From Candidatus Pacearchaeota archaeon (GTDB lineage: Archaea > Nanobdellota > Nanobdellia > Pacearchaeales > GW2011-AR1), in the NCBI GenBank assembly GCA_050124795.1, contig JASFEO010000003.1:5605-69604 (forward strand): a stretch of DNA of 64,000 nucleotides. Reading direction: 5' to 3'. Of the stretch, positions 36,674 through 46,002 are shown piece after piece. The position numbers and the translations under genes are program-made. The notes below the pieces were generated by a model, which saw nothing but the letters and a program-made list of their open reading frames with translations, had not been told where the DNA came from and ran no database searches. Every line of letters starts with the position of its first letter. Within the stretch, counting starts at the first letter, position 1.

Positions 36674-36895
36674 ATGAAAAAGAGATTAAGAAAGAAAAAA
36701 ATGCAGAAATGTTTTAATATGAATTCCAGATGCGGATGTTGCGGCGGAGGAATTTACGGGCTTGGATTTTTAGGTTCAGTAATTTATTACATCTCAACTG
36801 CTCAAGGTTTTTGGGTTGGAGTTTTAGGAATTTTAAAATCAATTGTCTGGCCTGCATTTTTAGTATTTGAAATCATGAAATACTTAGGGATGTAG
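36674..36895 (+). CDS. Small membrane peptide (73 aa) with basic N-terminus, CGCCGGG motif and two hydrophobic segments; strong SD (GAGGAGGTG)
   Basis: MKKRLRKKKMQKCFNMNSRCGCCGGGIYGLGFLGSVIYYISTAQGFWVGVLGILKSIVWPAFLVFEIMKYLGM. Confidence 0.5.
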   Translation: MKKRLRKKKMQKCFNMNSRCGCCGGGIYGLGFLGSVIYYISTAQGFWVGVLGILKSIVWPAFLVFEIMKYLGM

Positions 36896-37547
36896 AAGAA
36901 AAGACTTTGAATTTTTTTGTCCTATCATCGAAAAAGCTTGTTATGTACTTTGGCGTTTTTGATTTTATTACTTTTTCTAGAATATATTTTGTTTCCGGAA
37001 AAATATTAATTTTTTTCAGTTCATTTGGGCTAACCCATTCTCCGTCCTCAGGCGTATCTTTTGTTGTTGCCCTAAAGAAAAACATTAAAAAATGATTTGT
37101 TTGGGAAATAAAATTATTAATGCAAAACAGTTTGGGATTTTGGATATCAATTCCTGTTAATTCTTTTGCTCTCTTTTTTGCAGCTTCATAAATATCTTCG
37201 AATCTTTTTAATTTCCCGCTTAAACCGATATAATATTCTTTGAACGGCTCCCATTTCCTTTTCAACAATAAAACTTTATCTCCTTTTTTTACAAATACCG
37301 CAACGGATACCATCGGGAGCAGGTCAAATTCGCTGGCATAACGAAGATAGGGCATTAATGTCTTGCTTTTTTGCGTTAAAGAATAGCCTTTTGTACTTTT
37401 AGATAAAAATTTATTTTTCACAAGATTTTTAATATGATAAGCCAGCTGATTTGATTCTATTCTTAATTTTTTCTTAATTTCACTAAAAGAAGTTAATCCG
37501 CCCTCTACTAATGCGAGTATTTTTCTTTTGTATTCTTCATTTATCAT
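36873..37547 (-). CDS. Winged-HTH + NUDIX-domain protein (NrtR-like putative regulator)
   Basis: N-term KRKILALVEGGLTSFSEIKKKLRIESNQLAYHIKNLVKNKFL (wHTH); VSVAVFVKKGDKVLLLKRKWEP...GLSGKLKRFEDIYEAAKKRAKELTGI (Nudix-like box). Confidence 0.55.
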   Translation of the reverse strand: MINEEYKRKILALVEGGLTSFSEIKKKLRIESNQLAYHIKNLVKNKFLSKSTKGYSLTQKSKTLMPYLRYASEFDLLPMVSVAVFVKKGDKVLLLKRKWEPFKEYYIGLSGKLKRFEDIYEAAKKRAKELTGIDIQNPKLFCINNFISQTNHFLMFFFRATTKDTPEDGEWVSPNELKKINIFPETKYILEKVIKSKTPKYITSFFDDRTKKFKVFSSTSLSIS

Positions 37548-37661
37548 AAAATCAATTTAATTTGACTAGATATAAACTTTGCGTTATATATTTTAGAGAA
37601 CAGTAATATTTATAAGTCAAATCATTTTGACTCAGATTAAGATGACTTAAGGAGATGAAAT

Positions 37662-38171
37662 ATGGATCTAAAAAAACAACTTAAAAAAGAAGAAACTGCT
37701 GAATTAAATAGAAGAAGGAAAAAAGAGAAAGATATCCTAAGAAAAGAAAGAAATAGATGTATCGAAAATTGGATAGAGGACATAAAAGAATATTCTTTTG
37801 ACCCATTTAAAGATAACGATCAAACTATCATCAAGTCAATATATAAAAATAAAATATCTAGTGGCGATGATAATGAACTGCAAATCCGATTTACTAATAC
37901 AACAAATTGTTACCAGAGAGATATGGATAACTGGGAATATTTTTTTCCAAGGGTAAAACATATGTTTCCTGCGAAAGGCGAGGGCATTGCAACTAATAAA
38001 ATAAATCCAAAAAGGTTAAGAGAATTTCTCTCAAAAATTGAAGATCGGTTGGAGATTGATATAGAATGGGCAATCGGGCATGATTCATATACGAGTTATA
38101 CCCTCCAGACAATTATAACTGAAGGACTTTACGGACATTGCACATATAATAAGAAAATAGGTAAGAGGTAA
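37662..38171 (+). CDS. Hypothetical protein (169 aa)
   Basis: ORF track. Confidence 0.4.
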   Translation: MDLKKQLKKEETAELNRRRKKEKDILRKERNRCIENWIEDIKEYSFDPFKDNDQTIIKSIYKNKISSGDDNELQIRFTNTTNCYQRDMDNWEYFFPRVKHMFPAKGEGIATNKINPKRLREFLSKIEDRLEIDIEWAIGHDSYTSYTLQTIITEGLYGHCTYNKKIGKR

Positions 38172-38202
38172 ATTTATATAAAAATATTTTTAAATAATTT
38201 TT

Positions 38203-38703
38203 TTATTTTTTATTTACCAACCTTTCTATGAAGAGTCCGCTGATTATTGAAAAAATAAAGATATAAGAAGCAGCAACTATTGTAAATGAAACCCCAAAGT
38301 AATATGTCATCGCCGGAATGAAAGCTACCTGGATATTTCTGTTATATAAAAAATAAACAATTAATGAATTTTTCATTCCTGCTTTTTTTAGTTCCCCGAG
38401 AAGGGGGAAAATTACATAGGGCGGCGCGGGAATTAAAAGGCAGGGAAAGAGCGTATAAACCCAGGCTTTGATTCCTGATTTTTCTCCCAAATATTTGCTG
38501 ATTTTTTCAGGTCTTAAAAAAATATTTATAAAAAACATAAACCCAAAAACAATTAAAATTAATGGAAAAAGTTTTAGAAACGCTTTGAGAAAATTATCAA
38601 ATGCAATTTTTGTATAGTCAGGGTTTACAAAAAAAGAAATTAGATATACAACAACCATCGCAAGAAAGAATAAAGTTGCAAAGCCGATTTTTCTTTTTTT
38701 CAT
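38203..38703 (-). CDS. Predicted permease, C-terminal half (DUF318/YraQ-like), 166 aa
   Basis: Multi-TM; together with upstream 137-aa ORF gives ~300 aa typical of DUF318 permeases; 1-nt gap between the two ORFs. Confidence 0.45.
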   Translation of the reverse strand: MKKRKIGFATLFFLAMVVVYLISFFVNPDYTKIAFDNFLKAFLKLFPLILIVFGFMFFINIFLRPEKISKYLGEKSGIKAWVYTLFPCLLIPAPPYVIFPLLGELKKAGMKNSLIVYFLYNRNIQVAFIPAMTYYFGVSFTIVAASYIFIFSIISGLFIERLVNKK

Positions 38704-38704
38704 T

Positions 38705-39118
38705 TTAATTTAGAAGATGCAAAGTTAGGATTGTTAATGTTGAGATGATTATCGCTAAAACAAAGTTAACAGTATTTCTTAGGATTGCAAATTTTTTCCC
38801 TAAGAATTTTATTTCAAGAGGAAGCATCGCAATTCCAACAGTTGTCCATGCGATTACAAAAGCTGCAACAGCGAGAAGACTGACTCCGCTTTTTAATAAT
38901 TCTCCCCCGGTGATATATGCAGTAAAGGGTATCCCGAATGCAATGCTCCCTCCAAGGGCTCCGATTAAAGGATCAAGAAAATAATTTCCCGTAAAAATAA
39001 GCGGATAATACTTCTGGAAAAGAGGATTTAAAATATTCAGAAGCAAAAGAATCCCAAGAATTATCGGGGTTGCCATTTTCAAAACTCTAAAAGTTTTTTT
39101 AGCAGATTCTTTTATCAT
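38705..39118 (-). CDS. Predicted permease, N-terminal half (DUF318/YraQ-like), 137 aa
   Basis: GSIAFGIPFTAYITGGELLKSGVSLLAVAAFVIAWTTVGIAMLPLEIKFLG. Confidence 0.45.
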   Translation of the reverse strand: MIKESAKKTFRVLKMATPIILGILLLLNILNPLFQKYYPLIFTGNYFLDPLIGALGGSIAFGIPFTAYITGGELLKSGVSLLAVAAFVIAWTTVGIAMLPLEIKFLGKKFAILRNTVNFVLAIIISTLTILTLHLLN

Positions 39119-39197
39119 CTAATTTCAAAAGGTCAGGAGTATAAAACTCTTTAGGCAATTTAGGAATATTTTTAATTATCTATTTTATTCTTTATTT

Positions 39198-40307
39198 ATG
39201 CACTTCCATATAATTTTAACAGAAAAATGCAACTCGCGTTGCAAATATTGTTTTGAAAAATCAATGAATGAATTTGAAAATGGTCTTGATAAAAAATGGG
39301 AATTTGATTTAGACGCTCCTATTGAATCAGTTGTGGAAATTGAAAAATTAAAAAGTTTTTTAGAAAAAGATGAAAATCCAACTTTAATTTTTTATGGAGG
39401 TGAGCCGCTTTTAAAAATTGAAAAAATAAAAGATATAATTGATAATGTAAATGCAAGATTTTGTTTGCAGACAAATGGAAAATTACTTGATAAAATTCCT
39501 GAAAAATATTTAAAAAAACTTTCAAAGATTTTAGTTTCTATTGACGGAGATGAAAAAATAACTGATTTTAATAAAGGTGAGGGGGCTTACAAAAAAGTAA
39601 TTGAAAATATAAAAAAAATTCGCAGGAAAGGTTTTAATGGAGAGATTGTTGCGAGGATGACAATTGCGCAAGACTTTCCTGATATTGAAAAGCAAGTAAA
39701 ACATTTAATTGAATTAGGAATTTTTGATTCAATGCATTGGCAGATCGACGCTGGTTTTTATAAAAATGATTTTAATGAAAAAGAATTTTCAAAGTTTGTT
39801 GAAAGTTATAATAAATCAGTTTCAAAACTAATTGATTATTGGATTAATGAAATGGAAAAAGGAAATGTAATAAAACTTTATCCGTTTTTAGGACTATATG
39901 ACAATCTTTATTATGAGAAAAAATCAAAACTTATGTGCGGGGCAGGTTATACAAATTACACAATAACAACAAATGGAAATCTAGTTGCCTGCCCGATTAT
40001 GGGATGCATAAAAGATTTTTATTGCGGGAACTTAGATTCTAAAATTAAAGATTTGAAAAAAATTTATGTGGGTGTTCCCTGCACAGATTGTGAGTATCTG
40101 GATAATTGCGGAGGAAGATGTTTGTATTCAAACTATGCAAAACTCTGGCCAAGAGCCGGAGAAAAATTAATTTGCAAAACAGTAATTCATTTAATTGAAG
40201 AGATAAAGGGAGTTTTACCAGAAATAAAAAAATTAATTAAAGAAGGAAAAATTAAAGAAAGTGATTTTGAATATGAAAAATATTTTGGACCTGAGATAAT
40301 TCCATAA
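39198..40307 (+). CDS. Radical SAM enzyme with C-terminal SPASM domain (peptide/protein-modifying rSAM family)
   Basis: CNSRCKYC (CxxxCxxC); FYGGEPLL; SPASM cysteines CGAGYTNYTITTNGNLVACP and CTDCEYLDNCGGRC. Confidence 0.8.
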   Translation: MHFHIILTEKCNSRCKYCFEKSMNEFENGLDKKWEFDLDAPIESVVEIEKLKSFLEKDENPTLIFYGGEPLLKIEKIKDIIDNVNARFCLQTNGKLLDKIPEKYLKKLSKILVSIDGDEKITDFNKGEGAYKKVIENIKKIRRKGFNGEIVARMTIAQDFPDIEKQVKHLIELGIFDSMHWQIDAGFYKNDFNEKEFSKFVESYNKSVSKLIDYWINEMEKGNVIKLYPFLGLYDNLYYEKKSKLMCGAGYTNYTITTNGNLVACPIMGCIKDFYCGNLDSKIKDLKKIYVGVPCTDCEYLDNCGGRCLYSNYAKLWPRAGEKLICKTVIHLIEEIKGVLPEIKKLIKEGKIKESDFEYEKYFGPEIIP

Positions 40308-40360
40308 TTAATTTTTTAAACTCCAAACTCTTTTATTCATAAAATTAAAAGGAGGTTAAA

Positions 40361-40732
40361 ATGAATTTAAAGAGAGGAATTTTGTTTGGAAGTTTGCTTT
40401 GGGTTTTGATTTTTGTCTGGTGGTCAGTGTTAATATTTATCCCGGGATTAAATGAGACTCTTCAATATGTGATCCACTATTGTTTATTGATAGTCGCAGC
40501 AAGTTTTATAGCAAATCTTTATTACAGAAAAAAAGACAAGGTTAATGGATTTTTGCTTGGTTTGGTTTTCCTTGGCGCCGGGCTCATTCTTGATACAATT
40601 ATTACTGTGCCTTTGTTTACAATGCCGCAGGGTGTTGGGTATTTGGATTTTTTCTTTGCCCCATTAATGCTTGTAGGTTATGCAATTTCAGTTTTGACAG
40701 TTGGAATATATGACAAAATAATGAATAAGTGA
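40361..40732 (+). CDS. Small integral membrane protein (123 aa, ~4 TM), SD AAAGGAGGT upstream
   Basis: ORF track; hydrophobic segments. Confidence 0.45.
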   Translation: MNLKRGILFGSLLWVLIFVWWSVLIFIPGLNETLQYVIHYCLLIVAASFIANLYYRKKDKVNGFLLGLVFLGAGLILDTIITVPLFTMPQGVGYLDFFFAPLMLVGYAISVLTVGIYDKIMNK

Positions 40733-40773
40733 GCACAATTAATTTTTTAAATTCTTTTTTTGTTTGTTTTACA

Positions 40774-40845
40774 GGCGTGGTTAGTTTATTGGTAGAATAT
40801 TTCGTTGCCAACGAAGTGAGCCGGGTTCGATTCCCGGACCGCGCA
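40774..40845 (+). tRNA. tRNA-Gly (anticodon GCC), 72 nt, no encoded CCA
   Basis: Hand-folded: acceptor GCGTGGT/ACCGCGC(+A), D-arm GTTT-ATTGGTA-GAAT, anticodon stem TTTCG/CGAAG with loop TTGCCAA, T-arm CCGGG-TTCGATT-CCCGG. Confidence 0.75.
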
Positions 40846-40991
40846 TAAATAATCGAAGCCTTGGGTTTTGTTTAAAACTGAAATTTCAGACGACGGAGAG
40901 TTCTTTGAACGGCCCGCGATCCCTGGCAGTGCATTTTATTTCATTTCCCGCCAGAGGCAACATTTATAAAACTAAATTTTCTTTTGTATCT

Positions 40992-42548
40992 ATGACTAAA
41001 AATAATCCTGAGCAGGATAATGATATTCCTGAAATGAATCTTGACAGAAAGTATGATGAGAAGTCGAAGATTATTAATGAAAATCCTGAAGAGATGCAAA
41101 AGGAGATGGACAAGACTAAGAAGGAACTTGAGAAATTAAAAAATTTTATTGTAAAAAAATATCCATTTACAAAATCGCTTTCTGTTCTGCCTCCGCAGGC
41201 AATTCCGCGTTTTATCGAAGAGGAAGAAGTTCCAAAAGAGACTGAAAAATATATGCAGCTTTATATGATTGTTCCTGAAGAAAAATTAAAAGAGATCCCA
41301 AAAATGAAAACTGAAATTGTTAAAGAAATTGAAAAATTAAAACAAAAGATTTGGCTTCAGATTAAAACTCCTGTTGATATTTGGGAAATGTGCCTGGATT
41401 CAAAGTTTGATTTGTCAAGCGCAATTGGGATGAGTTACCCCCTTTATGATAAGGCATTTTTAGGAGCATTGAGATTAGCTGAAATTCACAAGTCGCTTGT
41501 AATGCAAAAGTTTGAGAAATATGTTGTAAGTTATGTAATTGCAGGAAGTTTCCTAAGAGGAGATGCGACTAAGACTTCTGATGTTGATGTGTTTGTTGTG
41601 ATTAATGATACTGATGTAAAAAGAATGCCAAGACTTGAATTAAAGGAAAGATTAAGAGGGATTATTGCAGGTGCTCATCTGCAGGAAGCAATTGCTTTGG
41701 CAGGGGTGAAAAATACTCTGCATATTCAGACTTATTTATTAACTGATTTTTGGGAAAGTGTTAAAGACGCAAACCCAGTTATTTTTACTTTTATCAGAGA
41801 CGGAGTTCCGATTTATGACAGGGGAACTTTTTTGCCGTGGAAGACTTTGTTAAAGATGGGAAAACTAAAACCTTCGCCGGAATCAATTGATATGTTTATG
41901 AAGGCTGCGGACAGAACAAAGGAAATGATTGAGAGAAGACTTATGGATGCGATGGTGGATGTTTATTATGGAGTCTTGACTCCGTCGCAGGCTTTAATCA
42001 TGCTTTATGGCGCGCCTCCACCGACACACAAAGAAACTTTGAAACTCATGAAAGAAATTTTTGTTGATAAAGAAAAAATGCTTGAAAAAAGATATCTTAA
42101 CATTTTGGAAAAAGTAATAAAACTTTACAAAGATTATGAACATGAAAGATTAAAAAAGATTTCAGGAACAGAGATTGATAAATTAGTAAAGGAGTCTGAA
42201 GATTATGTTAAGAGGTTAAAGGAACTTCGCGAGCAAATTGACAAGCGAACTCAGGAAAAAACAATTGAGCAGATTTACAAAGATGTTTTTGAATTGTTAA
42301 AAATAATTGTCGGCAAAAAATCACAAGAAAAAACAATTGAAGAGTTTAATAAAAATTTTGTTAAAAATGGCCAGTTTGCTCCGCAGGATTTAAGAATTAT
42401 AAAAGATTTAGTTAGTGCGCGAAAAGATTTCAAAAAAGGAAAACTTGATTTGCATAAAGTTGACAATGCGCGAAAAAATGCAAGTATTTTAATTAATGAT
42501 TTAATTGAATATAATCAACGTTGTGAATTAAATACTAAGAAAAAATAA
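40992..42548 (+). CDS. Pol-beta-superfamily nucleotidyltransferase domain protein with long C-terminal helical region (paralog 1)
   Basis: VVSYVIAGSFLRGDATKTSDVDVFVVIND (GS..D.D NTase motif); homologous over ~200 aa to 48256-49329 product. Confidence 0.6.
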   Translation: MTKNNPEQDNDIPEMNLDRKYDEKSKIINENPEEMQKEMDKTKKELEKLKNFIVKKYPFTKSLSVLPPQAIPRFIEEEEVPKETEKYMQLYMIVPEEKLKEIPKMKTEIVKEIEKLKQKIWLQIKTPVDIWEMCLDSKFDLSSAIGMSYPLYDKAFLGALRLAEIHKSLVMQKFEKYVVSYVIAGSFLRGDATKTSDVDVFVVINDTDVKRMPRLELKERLRGIIAGAHLQEAIALAGVKNTLHIQTYLLTDFWESVKDANPVIFTFIRDGVPIYDRGTFLPWKTLLKMGKLKPSPESIDMFMKAADRTKEMIERRLMDAMVDVYYGVLTPSQALIMLYGAPPPTHKETLKLMKEIFVDKEKMLEKRYLNILEKVIKLYKDYEHERLKKISGTEIDKLVKESEDYVKRLKELREQIDKRTQEKTIEQIYKDVFELLKIIVGKKSQEKTIEEFNKNFVKNGQFAPQDLRIIKDLVSARKDFKKGKLDLHKVDNARKNASILINDLIEYNQRCELNTKKK

Positions 42549-42586
42549 TTTTAATTTTGTTTTTCACTTAAAAGAAATCTTCTTCT

Positions 42587-43267
42587 TTATTCAAATCTTT
42601 TATTTACACTTTCTCTTGTAAAATAAATTCTTGGTTTTATTCCTTTTTTAGGGTTCCCGGCATAATACCCCGGAAAAAAATCTTCAAAAGGATTTATTTC
42701 GTCGCATTCTGATTTTGCGTTTTTTAATTTTTTAATTATTTCATAACTTCCATTCATAGCTAAACCCTGCTCGCATCCACAGGCATGCAATACTTCGTGT
42801 TTTGCAACTCCGACAGGTCCGCGGGAAAACCCCTGGTCTGCAGAAAGATACATTAAAGAATGAGTCATAGTATCGACTGCCCCTGAAATTTCCGGCAATA
42901 AGGATAAACCCCATAAATAATCCCCCAGATTTTTTTCAACAAGATATAAATTTCTATCACATGGTTTTTCAATTTTCGCCCCGCCCATGATAATTGAATC
43001 AAAAATGCTTTTGAAAAAAAATCCCCCTCTTTTAAAATCTCTTATCCATGCTACTTCAGGTTTTATGGCATAAGCTTCTAATTCTTCTTTCATTCCATTA
43101 AAAATCTTTTCTACTTTTTTATCTGAGACACCTTTTGTTTTATAGACTCCGAATCTCAAATGCATTTCAGGACCAAAGTCAATTGAGTCTTTTAATTTGT
43201 GATTTTCAAAACCCATTGTGGAACATCCTGTAATTAATGCGCTAGTTAGCAATAAACCTGGTTTCAA
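42587..43267 (-). CDS. Putative secreted lipoprotein zinc metalloprotease (zincin, HExxH)
   Basis: MKPGLLLTSALITGCST (lipobox-like); VAKHEVLHACG (HExxH). Confidence 0.55.
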   Translation of the reverse strand: MKPGLLLTSALITGCSTMGFENHKLKDSIDFGPEMHLRFGVYKTKGVSDKKVEKIFNGMKEELEAYAIKPEVAWIRDFKRGGFFFKSIFDSIIMGGAKIEKPCDRNLYLVEKNLGDYLWGLSLLPEISGAVDTMTHSLMYLSADQGFSRGPVGVAKHEVLHACGCEQGLAMNGSYEIIKKLKNAKSECDEINPFEDFFPGYYAGNPKKGIKPRIYFTRESVNKRFE

Positions 43268-43427
43268 AAAATCTCTTCTTATATTTTATTTTCAATATTT
43301 TCTTTCATTTTTTAATAAACATTTTCATTAATGGAAATTTATAAACTTTTCCTTTTTGTTACTACTATAATGTTATTATTTTATTGCTCTCCAAAACTTA
43401 TTTAATCTATTTTAATCTTTAAATTAA

Positions 43428-44504
43428 ATGGCAAAATACTTATTCATCTTGGGAAGAAATATTGAATTGTCTTTAGCAGAACTAAAATCTGTTTTAGGAG
43501 AATTTGAATTTGTAAAAAACAAAAACGCAATACTAACTGAACTTGAAAGTTTAGATGAAAACATAATTGACCGGCTTGGGGGGGTAATTGCAATTGGCAA
43601 AGTTATTTGTAATATAAATGAATTAGAAAATAAAGAAATTTATTTCGGTGCAAAAAACAATTTTACATATTGTATTTGGGATTTTTCTACAGATAGTGAT
43701 TTGGTTTCAGAAACATTAAAGAAAAAATTCAAACAAAATAAATTAAAAGCAAGTGAAAAAAGGATTCATGAAGAGATGCATTTGCAGGGGGAAGGCAAGG
43801 TAAAAGTTTTGAATTCAAAAAGATTGGTTGATGAAGAATATTTTGTGTTTGAAGAATCTTTTGGCAAAGTGATTAAGAAAACTAATTACAAAAGTATTGA
43901 AGAGCGGGACATGAAGAAGCCTCATCGTCGGGAATCACTTTCAATTTCTCCCCGCTTAGCAAAAATAATAATTAATTTGCCAGGTGCAAAAAAAGGTGAA
44001 ACTTTGTTGGATGGGTTTTGCGGAGTTGGTGTTGTTTTGCAGGAAGCACTTTTGCAAAATATAAAAGTTGTTGGAATTGATAAGGACAAAGATGCAATCA
44101 GTTCTGCGAGGGAGAATTTAGAATGGTTTAAATTTGAAAAACAAAATTATAAATTAATTTGCGATGATTCAGCAAAAGTTAAGATTGGGAAAGTTGGCGT
44201 GATGGTGAGTGAACCTGATTTTGGGAAAATTTTAAGAAAAGCTCCAACAACTGAATACGTCGCAAAAGCATTAAAAGATTTTGAGAATTTAATGATAAGA
44301 GTAATTAATAATTTAAAAGCAAATATTAAAGGGAGAATTGTTTTCACTTGTCCTAATATTAAAACTATGAAAGGAAGAAAGAGTTGCGATTTTGAAAAGA
44401 TTGTTAAAAAAACCGGTCTTGAGGTTATGGAAGGTTTTCCAATTTCTGAATTTAGAAAGAATAAAATTGTTGGGAGAGATGTTTTGGTTTTGGAAAGGAG
44501 ATGA
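43428..44504 (+). CDS. THUMP-domain tRNA (guanine-N2)-methyltransferase (Trm11/TrmG10-like)
   Basis: RESLSISPRLAKIIINLPGAKKGETLLDGFCGVGVVLQEALL (D.FCG.G motif I of m2G MTases); N-terminal ferredoxin-like/THUMP region. Confidence 0.65.
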   Translation: MAKYLFILGRNIELSLAELKSVLGEFEFVKNKNAILTELESLDENIIDRLGGVIAIGKVICNINELENKEIYFGAKNNFTYCIWDFSTDSDLVSETLKKKFKQNKLKASEKRIHEEMHLQGEGKVKVLNSKRLVDEEYFVFEESFGKVIKKTNYKSIEERDMKKPHRRESLSISPRLAKIIINLPGAKKGETLLDGFCGVGVVLQEALLQNIKVVGIDKDKDAISSARENLEWFKFEKQNYKLICDDSAKVKIGKVGVMVSEPDFGKILRKAPTTEYVAKALKDFENLMIRVINNLKANIKGRIVFTCPNIKTMKGRKSCDFEKIVKKTGLEVMEGFPISEFRKNKIVGRDVLVLERR

Positions 44505-44566
44505 TAATTTTAAAACTTATTTTTTATCACAATAATTCTTAAAAAGATTATAAAATAAAAAGATTT

Positions 44567-44830
44567 ATGTACAATCCGGATAAAGACATTTTGGAAAAAG
44601 ACCCTGTTAATGCCATAATCCAAAAAGTTCGGGGGATTATGACTAATAAAAGAATGGAGATTTTTACAGAAGATGATTACAAAAGATATGGGGCGATTTC
44701 TGAAGAGATTCTTTATTCAATGGAAAAAGTTCTTGATAATATTATTCTCGATCTGGGGGACGGAAATGTATCTGAAAGGTTTTATAATGAATTAAATAGT
44801 TTATCTAAAGAAGAATTTTATCCCATATAA
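44567..44830 (+). CDS. Hypothetical protein (87 aa)
   Basis: ORF track. Confidence 0.3.
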   Translation: MYNPDKDILEKDPVNAIIQKVRGIMTNKRMEIFTEDDYKRYGAISEEILYSMEKVLDNIILDLGDGNVSERFYNELNSLSKEEFYPI

Positions 44831-45044
44831 AAACAAAAACTCTTGAAAAACTTTCTCAAGACCAACAATGTTATGATTTCGGAAATTTACTTACGAGAGG
44901 AAAGCCTCGTTTGTTAGTTTTTAAGTAAATCTCATTAGAAAATTTTTTAATTAGTAATCTTTTTAAACCACTTTTATTCATAATATTTATGGCAAGAGTA
45001 AATCCTAAAAGGATTTTCACTCATTCAATTATAGGAGTAATCAA

Positions 45045-45302
45045 ATGAAAGGAAAAGTTATTCAATTCAGGCGAGGACGAAAGACTGTTCACGAAAGGCA
45101 TTTTTTAATAGAAGTGGCTGATAGTAAAACTAAAGAAGACGCTGAAAAGTTTGTTGGCAAAAATGTTGAATGGGAAAGTCCGGCTGGAAAAATTATCAAG
45201 GGAAAAATTAAATCTGCTCACGGCAACAAAGGTGTATTAAGAGCAATTTTTGAAAAAGGTCTGCCGGGGCAAGCAATTACGACGGAGGTAGAAATAAAAT
45301 AA
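45045..45302 (+). CDS. rpl35ae: Ribosomal protein eL33 (L35Ae)
   Basis: MKGKVIQFRRGRKTVHERHFLIEVADSKTKEDAEKFVGKNVEW...IKSAHGNKGVLRAIFEKGLPGQAI. Confidence 0.8.
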   Translation: MKGKVIQFRRGRKTVHERHFLIEVADSKTKEDAEKFVGKNVEWESPAGKIIKGKIKSAHGNKGVLRAIFEKGLPGQAITTEVEIK

Positions 45303-45303
45303 A

Positions 45304-45456
45304 ATGGCAGATTTATTAAAAGAAGATTCAATATTAGGATTAATTGATATGATAAGACAAAGGGGGGCTTATGAGGAAGCGAATTTACTTGAAGGGCTTT
45401 ATCTTTTTACTAAGGATCAAAAAACGCGCGAATATAATCCGGAGGCAAATAAATAA
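45304..45456 (+). CDS. Unannotated 50-aa ORF between eL33 and uL16 (MADLLKEDSILGLIDMIRQRGAYEEANLLEGLYLFTKDQKTREYNPEANK)
   Basis: Hand translation; ATG 1 nt after eL33 stop; its stop abuts uL16 ATG. Confidence 0.35.
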   Translation: MADLLKEDSILGLIDMIRQRGAYEEANLLEGLYLFTKDQKTREYNPEANK

Positions 45457-46002
45457 ATGGCAACACTTAGAAAAGCAAATGCATATTCAAAGAGAAAGGT
45501 TACGCCTTTTACGCGGGTGAGTAAGAGGAGGCAAAAGTCGTATATTAAAGTTGTTCCTGCACAAAAGATTGTTAAGTTTGAAATGGGAAAAAATAATTTA
45601 TTGAAATCAGGAAAACTCCCTTTTGTATTAACCTTAGTTACAGACGAGAAAGTTCAGATTCGGCACAATGCGCTTGAAGCATGCAGGCAGTATATTAATA
45701 AAAAACTTGACAAGGAATTAAATGGGCAGTATTTTTTTAAAGTTATTCCTTTTCCACATCACATTCAAAGGGAGAATAAAATGCTTACAGGCGCAGGGGC
45801 TGATCGTATGCAGACAGGAATGCAATTAGCTTTTGGAAAGTCAATGGGCAAATCAGCAATTATGAAAAAAGGCGGGAAAATATTTTTTGCTGCGCTTCCA
45901 AATCAAAAGGCAGTAACTTTCGCAAGACGAGTTTTCAAGCAGGTTAATTCTAAACTTCCCTGCAAGACAAAAATAATTTCTGAAGAAATAAAAAATAATT
46001 AA
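45457..46002 (+). CDS. rpl10e: Ribosomal protein uL16 (L10e)
   Basis: MATLRKANAYSKRKVTPFTRVSKRRQKSYIKVVP...GAGADRMQTGMQLAFGKSMGKSA. Confidence 0.88.
   Translation: MATLRKANAYSKRKVTPFTRVSKRRQKSYIKVVPAQKIVKFEMGKNNLLKSGKLPFVLTLVTDEKVQIRHNALEACRQYINKKLDKELNGQYFFKVIPFPHHIQRENKMLTGAGADRMQTGMQLAFGKSMGKSAIMKKGGKIFFAALPNQKAVTFARRVFKQVNSKLPCKTKIISEEIKNN

Noticed and set aside
40617-40811. 64-aa minus-strand ORF
   Set aside because: It overlaps the tRNA-Gly gene and the 3' end of a membrane protein gene.
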